This document shows, one piece after another, positions 14,727-20,000 of a DNA stretch of 20,000 nucleotides; the stretch's first letter is position 1; each line of letters begins with the position of its first letter. The translations under genes were made by a program, and so were the position numbers. The notes under the pieces were generated by a model. It saw only the letters and a program-made list of their open reading frames with translations. It ran no database searches and was not told the DNA's origin. The stretch comes from an uncultured virus (IMG/VR IMGVR_UViG_3300025705_000475) (taxonomy: Duplodnaviria > Heunggongvirae > Uroviricota > Caudoviricetes). The stretch lies in IMG/VR virus record IMGVR_UViG_3300025705_000475; one strand, given 5' to 3'.

Positions 14727-15317
14727 ATGAACACTAAAAACAAAAAACATCTTATAGTTATTGGTCACCCCGACCACAAATCATTTTGTTATAATGGTAT
14801 CTTTAAGACTATCATTAACGAATTAGAAAATGGTGGTGAAACGTATAAAATAATTGATGTCTATGAAGATAAATTACATAGAAACAAAGAAGAGCTGATT
14901 AAAGAATATCAAAGTTTAGTAACGTGGTCAACTCACATTTATTTTATATCTCCCGTTTGGTGGTTTAGAATGGTACCTAAAATGGAAACGTTTTTTGATG
15001 AGGTTTTTACACCTGGATTCGCTTATAAATTTGTACCTTTATTTGGTATGTATGCATACCCAAAACCATTTCTTAGTGATAAAAAAGTTAGAACATATAT
15101 TACACACGGGGCACCAATGTTACCTGTTATTACATTGTATCTTAATTCAGTTAAGTTGAGATTAGTGATGGGGGTTTATACTTTTGTTTTTGGTTGGAGC
15201 CCATCAAGATGGCGTAAAACTAAACAGTTTTGGTCTGTTCCTTTTGTTAGTGACAAAAAACGTAAGAAATATTTAGAAATAGTTAAAAAAGACATTAAAA
15301 GAGATTTAAGAAAATGA
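14727..15317 (+). CDS. Flavodoxin-like-fold NAD(P)H:quinone oxidoreductase (MdaB/KefF family)
   Basis: IVIGHPDHKSF, FISPVWWFRMVPKMETFFDEVFTPGFAY, ITHGAP. Confidence 0.85.
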   Translation: MNTKNKKHLIVIGHPDHKSFCYNGIFKTIINELENGGETYKIIDVYEDKLHRNKEELIKEYQSLVTWSTHIYFISPVWWFRMVPKMETFFDEVFTPGFAYKFVPLFGMYAYPKPFLSDKKVRTYITHGAPMLPVITLYLNSVKLRLVMGVYTFVFGWSPSRWRKTKQFWSVPFVSDKKRKKYLEIVKKDIKRDLRK

Positions 15318-15454
15318 AAAATTTGAAAAAGGTATTTAACCGACAAGGTAAAACTGAGTCACAGATGAAAGCAAGTTATCTTGGAGCATTTGTAGGTTTT
15401 GTAGGTATGTTAGTATTAGGAGTAATTTATTTATTAATGAAATTATTAGCTTAA
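15314..15454 (+). CDS. Small single-TM hypothetical protein (46 aa)
   Basis: ATGA overlap; MKNLKKVFNRQGKTESQMKASYLGAFVGFVGMLVLGVIYLLMKLLA. Confidence 0.6.
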   Translation: MKNLKKVFNRQGKTESQMKASYLGAFVGFVGMLVLGVIYLLMKLLA

Positions 15455-15456
15455 GT

Positions 15457-15996
15457 ATGACAAAAATAATTAACTTGTTTGGTGGACCCTGTTCAGGAAA
15501 GTCTACTATATCATCTGGTTTATTTTACGAACTTAAACGAAGGGATATAAGTTGTGATAACCCTTATGAGTTTCCTAAGCAAGTTGCTTGGGAAAAAAAT
15601 GATTCTCAAATAAATGACCAACTATTCATATTTGCTAATCAACATAGAGGTATAGTACGTTCTTACGGTAAAGTAGATTATATTATTGTGGACTCACCCA
15701 TTTTACTTTCTTTAGCGTATAAAAATGGTTATGAAAGTGGTTATCCATCCACATTATATAACGACACTTTTGATAAAATGGTTTTAGACGTATTCAACAA
15801 GTATGAAAATATAAATATTTTTTTAGACCGACCTGATAATTTTCAAGATGAAGGTAGATTACAAAACCATAAAGAGTCTTTAGATTTTGACAATAAAATA
15901 AAATCAATAATGGATAAAAACGAAATAAGTTATAGAACATTAAAAGTTAATGATAAAACTATAGAATACATATTAACATTTATGTTAGGGTTATAA
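15457..15996 (+). CDS. P-loop kinase/ATPase, AAA_28 (NadR-like)
   Basis: INLFGGPCSGKST Walker A, YIIVDSP, GRLQ. Confidence 0.8.
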   Translation: MTKIINLFGGPCSGKSTISSGLFYELKRRDISCDNPYEFPKQVAWEKNDSQINDQLFIFANQHRGIVRSYGKVDYIIVDSPILLSLAYKNGYESGYPSTLYNDTFDKMVLDVFNKYENINIFLDRPDNFQDEGRLQNHKESLDFDNKIKSIMDKNEISYRTLKVNDKTIEYILTFMLGL

Positions 15997-16008
15997 TAAA
16001 ATAATATT

Positions 16009-16176
16009 ATGGAACACAGACGACTATACGAAATTAAAATAGAGACTCTTGAGAAAGAAAACGAGTCATTAAAAAAAGAACTTGAAAAACAAGAACTTAT
16101 CAAAGAAGGTTATAAGGAGGAGATTTCAAAATGGAATAAAAAATATAAAGACTTACGAAAACAAATAACAGGATAA
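16009..16176 (+). CDS. Small coiled-coil hypothetical protein (55 aa)
   Basis: Manual translation MEHRRLYEIKIETLEKENESLKKELEKQELIKEGYKEEISKWNKKYKDLRKQITG; fills the intergenic gap. Confidence 0.65.
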   Translation: MEHRRLYEIKIETLEKENESLKKELEKQELIKEGYKEEISKWNKKYKDLRKQITG

Positions 16177-16179
16177 GAT

Positions 16180-16425
16180 ATGGGATTTCATAAAAGATGG
16201 ATTACTGAAGAAGTATTAGTTGATAGGTACAGAAAAGGGGGTATTAAAGAGATAGATACCTACTTAGGACACGCCGATGCGTTTGTTACAAGTGATGAAT
16301 TATCGGGTAAAGTTATTGAGTTGTTTAATACTCCACATTTAGATAATATTGAAAGGTGGGATTTGATTTCTAATTTAATCTCAATTAGAATTGTGGAACT
16401 TGATATGAAAGATTTTAATTATTAA
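16180..16425 (+). CDS. Hypothetical protein
   Basis: 81 aa ORF closing the operon. Confidence 0.7.
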   Translation: MGFHKRWITEEVLVDRYRKGGIKEIDTYLGHADAFVTSDELSGKVIELFNTPHLDNIERWDLISNLISIRIVELDMKDFNY

Positions 16426-16429
16426 TGGT

Positions 16430-17491
16430 TTAGTCAGGTAAAAGAGAATAAACTTTCCCTAGTTTCTTAATTAGTTTTTTTGATGTGGTTTTTAAATATT
16501 TTTCTATATCAGTATAGAATTTCATAACATTATTTTCATACTTATCAAACCCTTTTTGGTAATTATCAAATTGTTTGGCTTTATCCCCCATAAAACCTAT
16601 TTCAGCTTCTAAATCGTTATCAACTAATGAGTCACCATAATTTTGTCGTCTATTGTTAGATGCACTTATGTACGCAATACGTAATACTAAATTAACTTTT
16701 TCATCGTCACTCAAATCATTTAAGTCTGTACCAATATCAACTTGACTTAATAGTTCATCTACAGAATCCATATTGGAGTATATTTCCTTTACCATTTCAT
16801 CCACACTAAATCTCATTGATTCCATAACTATAAAGTATTCTTTTTTAAGGAAATCTAAAAATCCAGACTTACCAATACCTTTAGTTTTTAATTTGGCATA
16901 AAGTTCTGTTGGTCTTACAGAATTTTCTATCTCATCTAAATAATATAAATCATAGAACATTCTTTGTATCGCACTTATTGGGAAGTCAAACATCTCAGTA
17001 TTTGCTTGGTACTCTGAAACTTTTTCAACATTAGTATACGGTGTTTTTAAATCGTCAAACTCATGTTTTAATTCGTGAGATAGGGCACTTACTGTTTGTA
17101 CTTTTGATTTATTTATTGAATCTATCACATCTTTTACCGACCAATCTTCAGGTACTGGTTTATCTATAGATAATATAACCTTACCATTTTTATTAACTTT
17201 CATCAAAACATAATCGCTACCTACCTTACCTATAGTATTTTTTCTATAAACCATCATATTAGCCTCACCATACTCATCACTATCGGGTCTGAGTGTTAAA
17301 TCTATTTCTACATCATTTATTTCTTCATCACCAATCATATAGGGTTCAACAGGATTAAAATTAACTTTATATTCGGTTTGACCATCTTTTATCATAGGGG
17401 TAACCTTTGACTTAAAATCGTTATATAATTTTTCGCCAGCATCTACAATACCTTTTGGAACTCCAACCGCTTCGTTTAATTTTATACTCAT
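16430..17491 (-). CDS. HExxH zincin-like putative metallopeptidase (probable paralog of 1650..2504)
   Basis: ALSHELKHEFDD followed by YYLDEIENSV; N-terminal KLNEAVGV. Confidence 0.65.
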   Translation of the reverse strand: MSIKLNEAVGVPKGIVDAGEKLYNDFKSKVTPMIKDGQTEYKVNFNPVEPYMIGDEEINDVEIDLTLRPDSDEYGEANMMVYRKNTIGKVGSDYVLMKVNKNGKVILSIDKPVPEDWSVKDVIDSINKSKVQTVSALSHELKHEFDDLKTPYTNVEKVSEYQANTEMFDFPISAIQRMFYDLYYLDEIENSVRPTELYAKLKTKGIGKSGFLDFLKKEYFIVMESMRFSVDEMVKEIYSNMDSVDELLSQVDIGTDLNDLSDDEKVNLVLRIAYISASNNRRQNYGDSLVDNDLEAEIGFMGDKAKQFDNYQKGFDKYENNVMKFYTDIEKYLKTTSKKLIKKLGKVYSLLPD

Positions 17492-17563
17492 ACTTTTCTA
17501 TTTGGCATTTTTTACTTACCTTTGTTACTATAAATATAACGTTAAAACTAAAATTAAAAAAAT

Positions 17564-18235
17564 ATGGATTACGGAAAAGATTTTCAAAAATACGCAATGA
17601 GCGACCATAACGTGTCGTCACTAACAATGCACCATTATCAAAAAGAACTACAAGGTTCAATGACCCCCTACATTTTAGAGGAGAGAGAGATGAGAGCAAC
17701 TCAATTAGATATATTCTCAAGATTAATGAGAGACAGACTATTATGGGTCGCAGGTACAGTAAATGACGCAATGTCAACAGTAGTACAAGCTCAACTAATG
17801 TATTTAGATTCTGTAGATAATATGGATATTACGATGCACATCGATTCACCAGGTGGTTCAGTAAAGTCAGGACTATCTATGGTAGATGTTATGCATTATA
17901 TAAAATCAGATATCGTAACAGTTAATACGGGTATGGCAGCATCAATGGGTTCGATTCTTTTAGGTGCGGGAACTAAAGGTAAACGCTCATCTTTAAGGTT
18001 CTCAAGAACTATGTTACACCAATCATCAGGAGGTGCGGTTGGTAATATACAAGACGCGGAAATTACTATGAGAGAATGGACTAAGTTAAATGACACTTTG
18101 TTTAACTTATTAGGTGAATTTTGTGATAAAGATGCTGAGGTAGTAAAACAAGACGCATCTCGTGATTTATGGTTATCTGCTGAAGACGCTTTAGAGTATG
18201 GAATTATAGATGAAATCATAAAGACTAAAAAATAA
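17564..18235 (+). CDS. clpP: ATP-dependent Clp protease proteolytic subunit
   Basis: LDIFSRLMRDR, IDSPGGSV, GMAASMGS (catalytic Ser), MLHQ, RDLWLSAEDALEYGIIDEI; extended N-terminus of Bacteroidota type. Confidence 0.95.
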   Translation: MDYGKDFQKYAMSDHNVSSLTMHHYQKELQGSMTPYILEEREMRATQLDIFSRLMRDRLLWVAGTVNDAMSTVVQAQLMYLDSVDNMDITMHIDSPGGSVKSGLSMVDVMHYIKSDIVTVNTGMAASMGSILLGAGTKGKRSSLRFSRTMLHQSSGGAVGNIQDAEITMREWTKLNDTLFNLLGEFCDKDAEVVKQDASRDLWLSAEDALEYGIIDEIIKTKK

Positions 18236-18248
18236 CAATTTAGTGGTC

Positions 18249-18278
18249 AAAACCCTCATATTTGTGGGGGTTTTATTT
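18249..18278 (+). terminator. Probable intrinsic terminator after clpP
   Basis: AAAACCCTCAT-ATTT-GTGGGGGTTTT hairpin followed by ATTT. Confidence 0.55.
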
Positions 18279-18313
18279 ACTTTAGTATATTATACTCACA
18301 TATTTACGGTATT

Positions 18314-18538
18314 ATGAGTAAGACTAAGGTAAATATTAAAAGACATATACTTAAAACTGTCACATGGAGAATTGTTGGGACTATCGACACCATATTAATT
18401 GGTTGGGTCGTTTCTGGTGACCCCTTAATTGGTTTAACCATCGGTTCATTTGAAATAATAACCAAAATGATACTCTATTTTATACATGAACGTATATGGT
18501 ATAAAATTAAATTTGGGACTAAAAGGGTTACCAAATAG
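18314..18538 (+). CDS. DUF2061-family small membrane protein
   Basis: RHILKTVTWRIVGTIDT..E..TKMILYFIHERIW signature. Confidence 0.85.
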   Translation: MSKTKVNIKRHILKTVTWRIVGTIDTILIGWVVSGDPLIGLTIGSFEIITKMILYFIHERIWYKIKFGTKRVTK

Positions 18539-18586
18539 AAAAAACTCCGTAAACTAAGATATTTATTACTTATAAATAAAGATTTA

Positions 18587-19210
18587 ATGGATTGGATAAG
18601 AATATTAGAAGTATTAGTTACCTCGGTTAGCTCTATAATTGTGGCTTTAGTAGGTGCTGGTTTCTTTAGACAAATGAGGGACAAACAGGAGAAAAATAGG
18701 TCTAAAGAGAAACTAATGGAACAAATCAAAAAAGACGAGATAGTACATCTCGCAATAAGAGACGTTAGACGAAGTTATAACGCCGATAGAGTATATATAT
18801 GGCAATTTCATAATGGGGGTAGTTTTTATACGACCTCACCGATGCAAAAATTATCAATTACTTATGAAAGATGTTCCGATGGATTAGAACGAAAAGCCGA
18901 AAAAAATCAAAATCATTTAATAACTAGTTTTACAAGTTACATCAAAGACACTATGAATGGTAAAATGTACTTTCCTAATGTCGAGGATATGAATGATATA
19001 GGTTTAAGGTCATTAGCTTATTCAAGTGGAACAAGAGGTCACTGTGCCGTACCTATATATGATAAAGACAAGCATTTAGTCGCTATACTTTGTTTAGATT
19101 GGGTTTTTAGTGAAATACCTAAACAATATTTAAAGAAAGATGGTAAGTTTACCCAAGAATTTATAGACGAATTTAGTACTGATGCTGACACATTAGACCC
19201 ATACTTATAA
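18587..19210 (+). CDS. N-terminal TM plus GAF-like domain protein, candidate T4 gpT-like holin
   Basis: TM at residues 6-27; ADRVYIWQF, SITYE and AVPIYDKDKHLVAILCLDW GAF-like strands. Confidence 0.55.
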   Translation: MDWIRILEVLVTSVSSIIVALVGAGFFRQMRDKQEKNRSKEKLMEQIKKDEIVHLAIRDVRRSYNADRVYIWQFHNGGSFYTTSPMQKLSITYERCSDGLERKAEKNQNHLITSFTSYIKDTMNGKMYFPNVEDMNDIGLRSLAYSSGTRGHCAVPIYDKDKHLVAILCLDWVFSEIPKQYLKKDGKFTQEFIDEFSTDADTLDPYL

Positions 19211-19211
19211 T

Positions 19212-19463
19212 ATGTTTAATAAACATTTAAAACATTGTCTAAAATATCAAAAAGTTATATTAATCTTTTTGAGTTTATCATTATTATCTGTGGTAGACAC
19301 TATAAAAGGTTATATAATAAGTGAATGTGGATACACAAAAGAATTCTGGATGGTAGAGTCAATTTCTTTACTATTATCTGTATTTTTACTATACTACTTA
19401 TGGAACAATATCAATGATGGTTATTGTTACACTAAGAAAAAAGAAAGTAAAAATATAGATTAA
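19212..19463 (+). CDS. Small two-TM membrane protein
   Basis: Two hydrophobic segments and a basic C-terminal tail; 1 nt after the holin-like gene. Confidence 0.65.
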   Translation: MFNKHLKHCLKYQKVILIFLSLSLLSVVDTIKGYIISECGYTKEFWMVESISLLLSVFLLYYLWNNINDGYCYTKKKESKNID

Positions 19464-19465
19464 AC

Positions 19466-19714
19466 ATGAAATTCACTTTAGACACTACAGAAAAAACCAT
19501 TACGATAGAAGGTAATTTTACAAAAGTAGAGATGACCCAACTATTCGATATACTAGATATCGAAAATATAGAGGACTATGCCGTTCAAACAAAATCTCCC
19601 GATTTTTGGTATCAAACCAACACGTATAATCCTGATATACAACTATACTCAACAAATAACACATTCGATAATAACTTAAAAGTCGTATATAAAAATATAG
19701 TAGACTCACTATAG
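19466..19714 (+). CDS. Hypothetical protein
   Basis: 82 aa ORF in the operon. Confidence 0.65.
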   Translation: MKFTLDTTEKTITIEGNFTKVEMTQLFDILDIENIEDYAVQTKSPDFWYQTNTYNPDIQLYSTNNTFDNNLKVVYKNIVDSL

Positions 19715-19745
19715 TATAATTATATTTTAGTTTATATTTATTGTT

Positions 19746-20000
19746 ATGGGCACTTCAATGGAAAAATTCTTAGATAAAACTAAATCAGACAATAAAATTG
19801 TAGATATGTATACTGACGTAAGAAAATGGTTACAGTCAGAAGGTCATACCACAATAACATCACAATCTATAAGTAAAGCTCCACACGATATATGGAGATT
19901 AATGGAAAATCTTAGAGGTGAAGTTTCAGTCTTAAGAGACACGTTAAGAAGATACGGTATTTTAGAGTCTGACGAGGTCTATGAGGAATGGTTGAAAAGT
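19746..20000 (+). CDS. Hypothetical protein, 5' part (runs off window end)
   Basis: Open from ATG 19746: MGTSMEKFLDKTKSDNKIVDMYTDVRKWLQSEGH...; TATTTAT at 19735-19741. Confidence 0.65.
   Translation, partial: MGTSMEKFLDKTKSDNKIVDMYTDVRKWLQSEGHTTITSQSISKAPHDIWRLMENLRGEVSVLRDTLRRYGILESDEVYEEWLKS

Noticed and set aside
17421..18219. Minus-strand ORFs 17421..17777 and 17896..18219
   Set aside because: They overlap clpP antisense and have no recognisable motifs
18475..19709. Minus-strand ORFs 18475..18729 and 19518..19709
   Set aside because: Antisense to better-supported plus-strand operon genes
1..20000. Stop-codon reassignment as in some large phages
   Set aside because: Known genes are full length in code 11, TAG and TGA end genes at sensible positions, and no suppressor tRNA is present
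1..20000. Ordinary bacterial chromosome segment
   Set aside because: Housekeeping-like genes lack their usual operon partners and are mixed with lysins, phage-type hypotheticals and tRNAs; not fully excluded because no virion hallmark gene is in the window

Overview
AT-rich, gene-dense 20 kb window that reads as part of a large (jumbo or huge) phage genome infecting a Bacteroidota/Flavobacteriia host. This is an inference: no capsid, terminase or portal gene is present. It rests on many short unrelated ORFs, lysis enzymes, isolated host-like genes (clpP, slyD, mgsA, cysC, thioesterase), six CCA-less tRNAs, Bacteroidota TTTG-N19/20-TAnnTTTG promoters, Gln+1 signal peptides and a T9SS type-B CTD protein. 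The most notable region is the tRNA locus (about 9130-11120). A host-type promoter drives a 23-codon leader peptide rich in the codons read by the downstream tRNAs (AUA, UUA, AGA/AGG, AAA, ACA). After its stop lie an antiterminator sequence and a strong intrinsic terminator, which together suggest a ribosome-stalling attenuator that turns on phage tRNA genes when those tRNAs are scarce. The cluster also has boxA-like motifs that form long-range helices around blocks of genes, two likely AUA decoders, and paralogous structured non-coding RNAs. Other points of interest are a T4-holin-like TM+GAF protein, paralogous HExxH proteins, a sulfate-activation-like module, and a hairpin-masked T9SS cargo gene.
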